From: Octopus vulgaris
Taxonomy: Eukaryota
Length of the DNA: 64,000 bases
Assembly (NCBI GenBank): GCA_951406725.2
Contig: OX597843.1
Location: 14,260,001-14,324,000, forward strand
Direction: 5' to 3'
The notes beneath the pieces are model-generated. The model was not told the DNA's origin and searched no databases. It saw only the letters and a program-made list of their open reading frames with translations. The first letter of the stretch is position 1; the number at the start of each line of letters is the position of its first letter. The position numbers and the translations under genes are program-made. Positions 38,798-51,795 of this stretch are shown here, piece by piece.

Positions 38798-41700
38798 AAT
38801 TCTCAAGAGAGACATTTTTAAATGTTGTCACGTGAATATTTTATATTTCATTTCCTGTGAAAATTCGAAGACTTCTACCTGTATAATTAATTAATGAAGT
38901 AAATAGTCCAGCCTGTATTTCCGACTAACCTTATTACCTGTGCGTGTGTGTGTAGCCCCACCCCTCAAGAATGACCAGTGAGTTGCAGTAAAGGAGTCAC
39001 TGCCGGTCAGAGAGGCTTTCATCCGAGTTTGGCTGGATTATGGCCTCCATCCTGACCTGGTGGACAACTTGTATTATCCTATCAACATAAATGGCATTGA
39101 ACAAGAAGACACAGAAGAATCCCAAACTAAAAATAAATAAATGAGATTACAATAATAATCACACAAAAAACCCCCAAAAAAACATTCAATAAAAAAAAGC
39201 GGAAGAATAAGAGTTGGGATGAAAGAATGAGTTACGAGGATGGAACCACTGGAAGATCAGGAAAAAAAAATAATGCCTTTTGGGGTTAGTTCTTACCCCC
39301 TTACTTGCTGGGTTCACATCCCACTGAAGCCAATGCTGCCTTTTGTCCCTTTAGGGTCAATAAAACACCAGTCAGGTATTGAGGGAGGGGGAAGTGTCAT
39401 CAGTATTATCGAGCAACCCCCCCCTCCCAAATGCTACATCATCACTATGCTAGAAACATTATTATTCTTCTTCTTGAGGTGGTGAGCTGGCAGAACGGTT
39501 AGCAGACTGGGCGAAGTGCTCAGTGGTATTTTGCCTGCCACTATGTTCTGAGTTCAAATTCCACCAAGGTTGACTTCGCTCTTTTCAACCTTTCAGGGTT
39601 GATAAAATAAATACCAGCAAAACACTGGTGGGGAAGGGTGTTCGATGTAATCGACTAGTCTCCTCCCCAACAATTTCAGGCCTTGTGCCCTTAGTTGAAA
39701 GGATTATGACAGGGAGCTGGCAGAATCATTAGCATTCAAGGCCAAAATGCTACTCCGAGTATTTTTGGTTGGTCATTTTGCCTTCCTCAACAATAATTTA
39801 ATACGGACAGCAACACATTCCATCTGGCTGACCACAGCCCCTGTCTAACCGATGAATGGTATCCAAAAGCAGCCGTGATTTGGGTATCACCTGTTGGCAG
39901 GTTTGGACATCAATCTTTGTTTAATCCATCTTTTATGTTCCAAGTTCAAATTCCATCGAGGTTGACTTTGCCTTTCATTCTTTTGGGACTCGATGAAATA
40001 AGTACCGGTTGCATACTGGGGTTGGTGTAATCAACCATACCCCTAACCCGGAATTTCAGGCCTTGTGCCAATAGTAGAAAGGATTACCATTATCATCACC
40101 CTTAAAGGCAGAAAACTAACAGACTTGTCAGTGCGTCAGACAAAATGCCACTAAGGATGTGAAGGTGGACGAAAAATGTTGAGTTCAAATCTCCCCTCTG
40201 ACCCAGTCAACTTTGACTTTCATCCTTTTGGCGGTCAATAGAATAAGTTGAGCTGGTCAAGTACTAGGATCAATGCAATCAACTCGTTCCCTTCCACAAA
40301 TTTCCAGGCGTTGCGCCTTTAGGAAGAAAGGAGATTATAATCACTTTGACTCGGTTGAGTACTTTAGTTGTCAGTTTGTGCCCTTTGCAGCAGAGCAATG
40401 TGGCTCACACCCCAGACCACATCTCTGTCATTAATAAGTAGTAGATCTGGAAGGAATCAGCCAAAGTTAGAGAGGGAAGGGCTCCCACCAGACCTGACAA
40501 TGTCTGAGAGGGAAGGGCCCCACCAGGCCTGACAATGTCTGAGACAAGCCCTATTTCACAGTAGTGCAAAGGACAACCCCACCACCGAGTTGTGGGCACA
40601 AAGGCAAGACAAGGCATAGAAGGTTCATCTTTTTTTATTTCGCTTCAGTCATTGGGTTGTGGCCATGCTGGGGTATCACCGTTAAGAATTTAGTCAAAGA
40701 GGTCAACACCAGCACATATTTTTGGTATTTATTTTGTCAATCTCTTTTGCTAAACTGCTAATTCACTGGAACACAAACAAACCAACATTGGAGGACAAAC
40801 ACAAACATATACGATGTTTGGTTCCCACCCAGTCTCTGTCTGCCAAATTCACTGAGCCCTAGGAATATAATAGAACGCACTTGCCCATGGTTTTCTGCAG
40901 TGGAATCGAACTAGAAATCCTGTGGTTACAAAGCAAGCTTCTTGACCACCCATCCATGCCAGCCTCTACTTATGTAGTGGAAGTTGAGACTTACCTCTGT
41001 TGCTACTCCGAGTATTTTTGCTTGGTCGTCTCACTTTCCTCTACAACCAATTTACTGGAGTCTAGAATGGGACACGGATGGCAATGCGTTGCACCTGGCT
41101 GACCACGGTAGCCAAAAGCAGCCGTGATTTGGGTATCACCTGTCAGCAGGTTTGGACTTGGTAGCAAAGCACCAGTTCCACCTGGCTAACCAACAGCACC
41201 TGTAGCAGGTGCATTGAGTCATTCCAGTTGGCCACAGTCCCTGTCTAGCTGATCAGTGACACCTGAAACACAGCCATGTAGTTTCTATTGGCAGCAAAGC
41301 ACCAATTCCACTTGGCTGGCCACATTTGCTGCCTGGTCAGTGAACAGTACCAGGTGTAAAGAGACGGTAGCAGAGCACCAATTCTTCCAGGCTGGCCACA
41401 ATCTCTGTCAATCCAATAGACAGCATTTCAAAACAGTCACGGCTAGGATACCCCCAGCAGACATGTCATGATGACCTGAAGATGGTCAGCATTCCATGGA
41501 ATGGAATGGTAGAAGAATAGTGACCAGTTGAAAGAAGCTGATGAAGAAAACTTGCCACTCCATTTGCTGAGCAGCAAAAGGAGTTTATTACAATGGAATC
41601 ACTCTGAGTTTCTCTGGTTTGTGATCTTTCTCAGGCAACCCCTGAACATGAAAACTCTGCCACATACATTAAATACTCCCTTTCTTACACCTGTCTCCAC

Positions 41701-43264
41701 CTATTTATTGCTTTATTAATTAAAATACATCACCCTGCCATACAACCATTAACACCTGATCCCAAATTAAGAGAAAACCAAAGTGAGGTCCACAAGGTTC
41801 CAAAAATTAAGAGCGAAGGAAGGCAGGAGGGAGTACAGTTGATGGAATGGACAAAGTCTGGTGGAGCTGGCATGGTTGGAAGAGAAGATGTAGGTGACGA
41901 AAACGAGAAGAGACAAAATGATAGGCAGCTCCCTGGGTGCTCCACTAATCCAGCTTAACCCCAAGCCCCACCAACCCATACTTGCTGCCCCTTCTACTCA
42001 TGAAATGGACCTTTATGAACGCATTCGGGACTTGCCCCACACACAAAAGACAACTGCCACAACCGGATGGTTTCAAATTTTAGCACAAAGCCAGCAATTT
42101 TAGGGGAAGTGGGTAGGTCGATATCATTGATCCCCCCAGTGATCAACTGGTACTGACTTTATTGACCCCTGAAAGGAAGAAAGGCAAAGTTGACCTGGGT
42201 GGAATTTGAACTCAGAATATAAAAACCAAAAGGAATTCTGCTAAACATTTTCACTGGAACATTAACAATTCTGCCAGCTTGCTGCCTTAATAATCCTTTC
42301 TGTTATAGATACAAGGCCTGAAATTTTGGGGGAAGGGGATCGGTCGATTACATCGGCCCTGAAAGGATGAAAGGCAAAGTTGACCCCAGCAGCATTTGAA
42401 CTCAGAACGTGAAGACAGCCGAGATATTGCTAAGCATTTCACCCAGCTTGCGACCTATGAATAATAACCCTTTCTATTCAAGGCAAAAGGGCTGCAATTT
42501 TGGGGGAGGGAGTTAGATTATGACATCAACCCCCAGCACATGACTGATATTCAATTCATTGCACCCTGAAAGAATGAAAGGCAAAGTCCACCTTGGCAGA
42601 ATATATTTAATAATAATAATGATGACGGTTTCAAATTTTGGCACAAGGCCAGCAATTTCGGGATGGGGTGGGGGAGGGGAACTCAGTACGTGAAGACTGA
42701 CTGGTGCTAAGCATTTTGCCCTAAATTTCGGCAGAGGGCCTAACAATTTTGAAGGGTGCTCAGCTGGTGCTTTATTTCATAAACGGCAAAAGAACGAGAG
42801 GAAAAGCTGATCTGAGTGGGATTTGAACTCAGAATTTTGGTTGAGAAGATCCAGGAAGAAAGAGTAGAAAACATTTTGTGCAGCAAAATAACAACAATAG
42901 CAACAAGAACAACATAATGCTTCGTTTCATAAACTGAGAGAGAAGAGATGGGGAGAGAGAATTCAAAATCATAGGATAAGATTTGAACCCTTACCGCAAA
43001 GGACTGTAAAGGGTGCCTTTTAGATACAAAGAAAAGAAAAAAAAAAGGAAAAAAAGGAGACACCCTCCACCGTACCAGCAACTATAAGTCATAATGATGG
43101 TGATGATTATGATGATGATTGTGGTGGTGATGATATTGATGATGATGATGTGTCCACTTCAGCGCAACTGGGATAGGACACTAGAGGTGCTAGGGTTTAC
43201 TTTGCTGTCTGGAAATTTGTGTCACAGTTGGTCAGCTGCAATGGCTTACTGAGCCATATGTGTG

Positions 43265-43295
<31 letters not shown>

Positions 43296-43781
43296 GTGTG
43301 TGTATATATGAATATACATATATTCATATATACTCACACCCATGAATATATATATATATACATATACAAATGTGTGTGTATCCACATATGGCAATCCACG
43401 ACTGAGAGTAAATGTCTTCATTTCGCTAAGAGAAAGTCAGTGGGGGTGGGTGGGTGCTGGGAGTCCCAGGGTAGTTCTGTTGATTGGGGTGTCCAGGGTA
43501 TCTTCTCTTTAAACAGTTCATATAGTAGTGGTGGTGGTGGTAGTATTTCACTGGGCCACTACCCAGACCATACTGCAGCAACCTTTCACACACACACACA
43601 CACACACACATACATACATATACTCATACCAACATACACCCGTGTCAGAAGTTTATCATATACCGACCCTCCCCCCCAACGCACACGTGTATATATGTGT
43701 GTGTGTGTGTGTATATAGGGGTGTGTCCATGTCCCCATATAGAGAACCCGGCATCGTCCATCAACGAAGATGTGTTGTTGG

Positions 43782-43883
43782 TTATGATTTCCCATCGACT
43801 TCAAAATGTTTGTAAATTGCTGTTACGTAAGCTATCACAGCTTGCCAGTCGGGACGTTCCATAGCGACCATGTCGTTGATATT
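43782..43883 (-). CDS. SPECC1L: Cytospin-A-like last coding exon; not in the ORF track
   Basis: TCTTTGCAG|[33 protein letters not shown]. Total CDS 3369 nt = 1122 aa plus stop. Confidence 0.93.
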   Translation of the reverse strand, partial: NINDMVAMERPDWQAVIAYVTAIYKHFEVDGKS

Positions 43884-44654
43884 CTGCAAAGAGAAAACAG
43901 CATTCATTACATACACACACACAAATATCGTTCACAGACGAGATCCAGACATTCTCCGTAGAGAAGATTCAAGCTTAGACTCCGATGTCTTTACAGGGGA
44001 TCATTCCACAAGGTAAAGAAATGCAATAAGAGGGGCCAGGTTGAGCAGGCATACAGGTAATATGTTCTCCTCTTGTAAACAAGACCCCCAAAAACATTGG
44101 TTTTATATAAATGAACAAGCTGTTTGTACGTTCACAAAATTCTAATCAACAAATTCAAGAAGCAAATGAAAGTGCGAATAATAATGAATGCGAATAGGAA
44201 AAATTGGATACATCAAGTATATTAAACATAAAAAATTATATTTAATTTGTTTATCCTCATAACTGTGCTCTAATTGAGCTAAGTTCCAATTTATAATTTC
44301 AGTGGAGGCAATACCAGCGGAAAACTAGAGGAACATGGCCTATTATCCAGTAGAACATTCAATATATATGTGTGCAATTTCATTGGACATTAATAAATCA
44401 ATATAAAGTTCCTGATAACACAGCACGAAAACACACAAGTATATGAACTTATAAATATTCAATATTTAAAATACGTTGGCATTATAAATATATGTTTCTT
44501 ATATGTTTTCCGCTGGTATTGCCTCCATTGAAATTTTATATATATATATATATAAATTAGAAAACCCCCCCACCTTTTATCAATTCAAAATGAACAATTA
44601 AATTACACCATCTAGAAAATTACATATAATAGAAATATTAAACATAGAAGGGAT

Positions 44655-44846
44655 AAACAAGGACAGACATAGGTATTAAGTTGATTACATCGACCCCAGT
44701 GCGTATCTGGTACTTAATTTATCGACCCCAAAAGGATGAAAGGCAAAGTTGACCTCGGTGGAATTTGAACTCAGAACGTAATGGCAGATGAAATACGGCT
44801 ACGCATTTCACCCGGCGTGCTAACGTTTCTGCCAGCTCGCCACCTT
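44655..44846 (-). mobile_element. SINE family D directly downstream of the 5S copy
   Basis: Reverse complement of 31682-31852. Confidence 0.8.
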
Positions 44847-44849
44847 TTC

Positions 44850-44967
44850 GTTTACAGCACCAAGGTTTCCCAAGCGGTCACCCATCTAAGTACTAACTAG
44901 GCTTGACTTTGCTTAACTTCAGTGATCGGACGAGAACCGGTGTTTTCAAAGTGATATGGCCGTAAGC
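44850..44967 (-). pseudogene. 5S: Dispersed 5S rRNA copy (probable pseudogene)
   Basis: Reverse complement GCTTACGGCCATATCACTTTGAAAACACCGGTTCTCGTCCGATCACTGAAGTTAAGC...GTTAGTACTTAGATGGGTGACCGCTTGGGAAACCTTGGTGCTGTAAAC is a full-length 5S-like sequence; single copy, no oligo-T terminator. Confidence 0.88.
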
Positions 44968-46290
44968 TATGTTGGCATTATAAATATATAAATATATAAA
45001 TAGATATACAAATAGATATAAAATGTCGATATGATATAAAAACTTGTAGTTATTTAAAAATATTCAAAAATGCTCGATACAAGGTAATAAAGATTCACAA
45101 GTAACAACACGGAGTCCAGTGGGAAATTTGAGACTATACAACATTAACAGGACATACTAATATACGAAAATATGTTCCATCTTAAATATTAAATATATAT
45201 ATGTTCATATACTTGTTGGGGGGTCGGTTTTAATACTGTATTATCTGGAACTTTATATGTCCAATGAAAGTACATATATATATTGAGTATTGTATTCGAT
45301 AATAGGTCATGTTCATCTAGTTTTCCGCTGGTATTGCCTCCATTGAAATTTTATATATACATATATATATATATGTATATATATATAAATTAGAAAAACC
45401 CCCCACCTTTTATCAATTCAAAATGAACAATTAAATTACACCATCTAGAAAATTACATATAATAGAAATATTAAAAATAAAATAACAATAATATACCAAA
45501 TACATACGTTTTTATTATTATTTTGCAATTTACTTAATCATTGGTATATTATTATTATTTTAATTTTAATATTTCTATTATATGTAATTTTCTAGATGGT
45601 GTAATTTAATTGTCCATTTTGAATTGATAAAAGGTGTTTTTTTCTAATATTTTATATATATATTATATTTTGTGAAATTTGATTTAGTATTTCTAAATTG
45701 AATTTTTCCCTGTAAGTTAGGAATAATATTCCCTCAAATAATAATTATATATATATATACACACACACACACATACATACATACACAGAATCCATAGATG
45801 AGATCCAGACATTTTCCATATACAAGGCAGTCGTGCTCAAAAGACACAAACTTAGATTCTGTCTTTACAAGGGATTGATTCCATGGGGTAAAGAAGAACT
45901 ATAAGAGGGATCAAATGGAGTCGGTGTAGAGGTAATTATGCAGATAAACAGATATGTTAAATATATTAAATTCTGACAAGTAGGTTGGTATGGGTATATA
46001 TTTAATATATCTAATTTGTTTATCCGCATAATTACCTCTATATAAACATATATATGAATCGAACGGCTTTTGTGTGTTTCTTAAATGGCTTATAAACACC
46101 TTCCACGCTGCAATTGTTTTCGTTTCAGCACACGATCTCAGATCAAATTACTTGCTATGCGAGTACATCTCCGTAATATATTTATATATATGTATAACTA
46201 ATGTAGGATAAAATTTTTTTAGAAAAAAAAAATTTTTCTCAATGGCCAGCATATCAAAAAATACCTTTAAACGTTAAATTTATAAATAAT

Positions 46291-46446
46291 TTACAAAATA
46301 AGGGCAAAAAAAAATTCTAATGCCAAATATGCCGAAAAAAGACAAAATTGTCAATAACCATTATAATTATAATGGTTATTGACAATTTTGTCTTTTTTTG
46401 GCATATTTGGCATTAGAATTTTTTTTTTTTTGCCCTTATTTTGTAA
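46291..46446. repeat. Near-perfect spacerless palindrome, ~156 bp
   Basis: Centre CCATTATAATTATAATGG; arms differ only in a homopolymer length and about one base. Confidence 0.9.
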
Positions 46447-47158
46447 GTTATATATATGTATGTATGTATGTGTGTGTGTGTATATATATATATATACATA
46501 TATATATATGTGTGTGTTTTTAAGTTATAGTAAAAACAATTTTTACATTAATCTGATGGGTTACTCTGTACTTTTGTAGAGGACAAATTTATTATTCTCC
46601 TACAAGAACATTGTTGACAGTGATTTCAGAGTTTCGGCCAGTTAAGCCATCATCAGATGATGGCTTAGCTGGTAGAAACTTCCAAGTCACCGTCAACAGC
46701 ATTCTTGTTTAGGAATAATACATAAACATTTGTATAAGTGCAGGTATGGCTTTGTGGTGAGAAATCTGCTTCCCAAAGATATCGTTCCGGGTTCAGTCCC
46801 ATTACATCAACCAAAGCCTTGTGAAAGAAGGCCATCATTGTGTGCAAGTGTGCAAGTGTCTATGTTCACCCAGTGTGGCCTGACAATAGGGTTGCGTCCC
46901 TTTTGTAAAAATACAAAAAATGTAGATCAGTAATTATAAAAACCAGATGGAAATATCTAGTGAGGTGGGTGAGGACTAAAAGCCTTCGTGGCAGTGCTCC
47001 AGCTTGGCCACAGTTCACTGACTGAAACCGATAAAAGAGAGTATAGAAGTGCATTGTGTTAAGGTATTGAGTCCAGTGTCTCAGAGAAGAAGAACAACAT
47101 TGTGAAGACGTAGAGGAGGTGGGTGAGAGTTTGAAGGTAGAGAGTTGCAGATACTCAC

Positions 47159-47218
47159 AAGATTTGATGTAATCCCAACAGACTCGGCCGCAGCAAAGGA
47201 CAACGTGAAGTTTCTCCG
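47159..47218 (-). CDS. SPECC1L: Cytospin-A-like 60-nt exon (CH domain); not in the ORF track
   Basis: TCTTTCAG|RRNFTLSFAAAESVGITSNL|GTGAGT, phase 0/0; fills the expected gap in the CH domain. Confidence 0.92.
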
Positions 47219-48296
47219 CTGAAAGATAGAAATTGCTTTTAGAATTGAATACATCCATCCACCATCATCATTTAATGTTCATTTTCCATACTGGCAGGGG
47301 TCAGACTCACGATACCAGAGGGCGGACACTCTCCTATCTTGATGTAATCTCCAGGGATACAGGCATCCAGCAACAGGACCTCTGTAATGCTATGATGGAC
47401 TGTGAAGCATAGTAAATTCCATTGTCTCGACCACGGTTGAACAATGATGATGATGAAGCTCCAGTCTGATCTTGGCTTCGTTTCTATGACTGGATGCCCT
47501 TCCTAGTGCCAACCACTCTAAAAGTGTAGTGGGTGCCTCTAATGTGTCAGTGGCACGAGTGCCTCTTACATGTCACCAGTACTGACCATCGCAAGAACTT
47601 AGGAACTTTGAGGGAGATGAACTAAATTGTGACTGTTTCGATAATGGAGACTGAAATTTAAGATTTTTGATGAGAAACAAAAATTATTCTTATTGTAAAG
47701 AAAAAAATGTTGTTATTAAGAATGTGTGTGTGTGAAAATTGTGAACTGTATACAAGTGGTGTCACCTGTTTCCAATCTCCTGTGAAAACATGTCAGGTCT
47801 TGAGTGAAGATTATCTTGAGGGTTGGCAACAGAAAGGGGCCAACTATCAGTAGAAAACCTGCCTCAAATAAACTGCCCCATGTAAACATGGTAAAATGGG
47901 CATAAAAAACAATGATGACGATAACGATGTACACACACATCTAGATACCGTAGCCATAGCTCTGGGTCCAGTCTCACTGTGTGCCACCTTGAGCAAGTAT
48001 CTTCTACAATAACCGTGGGCCAACCAAAGCCTTGGGAGTGGATTTGGTAGAAGGAAACTAAAAGAAGCTTCCGTGTCTGTGTATATAATGTATAGTAAAT
48101 GCACAGATGAACTTTGGAAAACAGGCACAGAAGGTCCCTGACTTCTCGTCTGTTATCAGTCAGGAGGTCAAATGTAATTTCGTGCTGTGCTTAATCCTCT
48201 GGCCGATAACTCATGACCTTCTGTCTGTCTGTGTGTCCATTAATGCGATGCTACACACCCTTAATTTTATTTACAGTAAGTTGTTTATATGTGTGT

Positions 48297-48482
48297 ATCA
48301 TCATCATCGTTTAACGTCCGCTTTCCATGCTAGCATGGGTTGGACGGTTCGACTGGGGTCTGGGAAGCCAGGACGCTGCATCAGGCTCCAGTCTGATCTG
48401 GCAGTGTTTCTACGGCTGGATGCCCTTCCTAACGCCAACCACTCCAGGAGTGTAGTGGGTGCTTTTTACGTGCCAGGGGAGT
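48297..48482 (-). mobile_element. RTE-like 3' end fused to the U6 copy
   Basis: Family 3' UTR and (GAT)n tail, directly abutting the U6 oligo-T. Confidence 0.85.
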
Positions 48483-48532
48483 AAAAAGATGGAACGCTTC
48501 ACGAATTTGCGTGTCATCCTTGTGCAGGGGCC

Positions 48533-48565
<33 letters not shown>

Positions 48566-48578
48566 AATATGTACTGCC
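48483..48578 (-). pseudogene. U6: U6 snRNA retrocopy, 5'-truncated by about 11 nt
   Basis: Reverse complement GGCAGTACATATTCTAAAATTGGAACGATACAGAGAAGATTAGCATGGCCCCTGCACAAGGATGACACGCAAATTCGTGAAGCGTTCCATCTTTTT retains the ACAGAGA box and AGC triad. Upstream flank is (TA)n, not a promoter. Confidence 0.93.
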
Positions 48579-49239
48579 TGTATATATATATATATATAAC
48601 AATAATAATAAAGGGTAAAATTAATTAACTAATTAGTAATTAATAATTTTACCAAGCAGTGTTCAGTATGTAAAAGGACCACTTATGGTAAACTTAAACA
48701 TTACTTTATATAATTAGGGTTCAGCAAAAAAATTTGCTTTACCACATACTGAACTTTTAGAAATAGCAGCCAAAGAATTTAGCTATTTAGCTATATATAT
48801 ATATACATATATATAATGAAAACGAATGGTGAATAGGAAGGGGGATCCCCTTCTCTCCCTTCCTACCACCTATATCCATTGTCATGGAACCTCATCCCCA
48901 AAAAACAAAAACAATGTTCTCCTCTTGTAAACAAGACCCCCAAAAACATTGGTTTTATATAAATGAACAAGCTGTTTGGTACGTTCACAAAATTCTAATC
49001 AACAAATTCAAGAAACAAATAAAAGTGCGAATAATAATGAATGGATAAAAAGATTTTTTCCCCAAAATTCTGGCTACATTTTTTTCTCAATATTCAAGTG
49101 TTAAGTGTGGTTAAGTACACCACACTTAACACTCCATACATCAGTTCCTACCCTGGATAAAATAGATCGCTAGCAACATTTTCTTTTTGTGGCAAAATAT
49201 GCCCCTAATTCAATAAAATTATGAAGGTTACTCTGATTA

Positions 49240-49611
49240 TCTCTCTATATATAAACGGCAGTTTGTCTGTGTGTGTTTCTGTGTGTCTGTCAGGTTGTAC
49301 CCTCACCCTGACCACGGCTTTCAACCGATTCTGATGAAACTTGACACACACATAGCCCAATGTCATAATTCAAAACTAACGCAGCGAAAATTTTGAAAAG
49401 TTCCCCCAGTTCTGAAAAAGATCGATAAATTCGACATGGGGTCGAGAATAAGAAACACAAACCGCAAACTGTCTAGGGGACGCAACTCGACCTTTTTAAT
49501 TAAAAAAAAAAATTACCATCATTTTTTTCCCATTTTTTGGCTATAACTCTCTAAAAATGCTTTATAGTTATTTCCCTTACAAACCCGAGCAACGCCGGGC
49601 GATACTGCTAG
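49240..49611 (+). mobile_element. Non-autonomous Helitron
   Basis: A|TC start, subterminal hairpin CCCGAGCAACGCCGGG (49584-49599), CTAG|T end, no TSD. Confidence 0.82.
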
Positions 49612-50281
49612 TTATGCATAAAATACAAAATATTTTAATTTTTGTAGATTAGGTAGGCATAATTCGCCCTTGCTTTTCAATCTCAGAATTTAAGCTACAT
49701 GTAGCACTGCTGTAGTACACATGCTGTGTACACTCCTACAACAACATTTTCTTTACACACTATAAAGGCAAAACTAAATCTGCCATCAACTCAGTCACAC
49801 GTCCGTGTTTTGCTTATTTTTTTGTGTTTTACTACATAAAGGTCACCAACTGCCTACCCTGAGTAATTACTGATGGCACATGACTGGCATATGTCTACAT
49901 ATAGGTGCAGGTGTGACTGAGTGGTAAGAAGCTTGCTTCCTAACCACATAGTTCCAGCTCAGTCTCACTGTGTTGTACCTTGGGCTGACCAAGGCCTTGT
50001 GAATGGATCTGACAGATGGAAACTGAAAAGAAGCCCGTTGTATGTGTGTGTATTTTTGTCCCCACTACCATTGCTTAACAACTGGTGGTGGGGACAATAA
50101 CTTAGTGGTTCAGCAAAAGAGACCAATGGAATAAGTGCCAGCTTAAAAAGAAAAGATAAGTAATAAGGATCGATTTGTTCAACTGAACATTCTTCAATGT
50201 GGTGCCCCAGCATGGCCACAGTCTTAATGACTGAAACAAGATAAAAGAATAATTAAACACAAAACATTTGCAGCAACAATT

Positions 50282-50625
50282 CATCATCATCGTCTAACGT
50301 TCATTTTCTGCGCTAGCATGGGTTGGATGGTTCGACCAGGGTCTGGGAAGCCAGGAGGCTGCACCAGGCTCCAATCTGATCTGGTAGTGTTTCTACACCT
50401 GGATGCCCTTCCTTATGCCAACCACTCCGTGAGTGTAGTGGGTGCTTTTTACGTGCCACTGGCACAGGTGCCAGGGGAGTCTGACATCGGCCACGTTCGG
50501 ATGATGCTTTTTACGTGCCACCGGCACAGAAGCCAGTTGAGGCGGCGCTGGCATCGGCCACGTTCGGATGGTGCTTTTTATGTGCCACCGCCACAGGTAT
50601 CACAACTATTTCCATTGATATATCT
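50282..50625 (-). mobile_element. RTE-like 3' end
   Basis: Family 3' UTR and (GAT)n tail. Confidence 0.8.
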
Positions 50626-50747
50626 ATTTCGATAATTGAAGATTTGAAAATAATCCCCCCCCCCCCCACGCCTAAATTGTTCTTACAAGACACACAGACA
50701 CAGAGAAGAGAGAAAGATGATCAAGAGAAGCAAAGTGGTGAGGTTAC

Positions 50748-50864
50748 CTTGTCTTCTGAGGTCAGTTCATCATAAGGCATCTTTTCAGGAAGGTAACTAT
50801 GTATAAGGGCACAGAATGCCAGTCCATCATTCCAGCTGCTGCTGAAGTTGGTGATGTCAACACC
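50748..50864 (-). CDS. SPECC1L: Cytospin-A-like exon (CH domain)
   Basis: [39 protein letters not shown], a classic type-2 CH motif; CAG acceptor and AAG|GTAACC donor, phase 0. Confidence 0.95.
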
Positions 50865-51382
50865 CTGCGGAGGAGAGAGAGAGAGATGCAGACAAATGCT
50901 AACTCGCCAGATTGACACATAGGAATACATACATGAAGAGAGACAAGGAGACAGTCAACAGAGATGATGGATTGCTGGCCACTGAACCTTTTTTTATTTC
51001 TGAGTTCCTTTCTAACAAAGAGCGTAGGCTCGAAATGTAAAAGACTTTCTCACTTCCCCAGCTGTTTGTTGTTTGCACACCCGTCTTCATCTTATGTTAT
51101 TTTGTAAATTCTCACTCTATATATATATATATATTTTATAATTAGGGTTCAGCAAAGATTTGCTTTACCACATACCGAAGTTTAGAAATAGCAGCCAGAG
51201 AACCTTAGCTATTTCCTCTACTATTTCTAAACTTCAGTATGTGGTAAAGCAAATCTTTGCTGAACCCTAATTATAAAATATTACTTAAGCTTACCAAGAA
51301 ATAGTCCCTTTTCATGCTGAATTCTACTTGGTGAAATTATTGATTACTAGTTAATTAATTAATTTTACCCTTTGTTATTTGT

Positions 51383-51795
<413 letters not shown>

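Noticed and set aside
41700-41720. Minus-strand AATAAA pair as the cytospin poly(A) signal
   Set aside because: Many equivalent hexamers in AT-rich DNA; cannot be chosen without transcript data.
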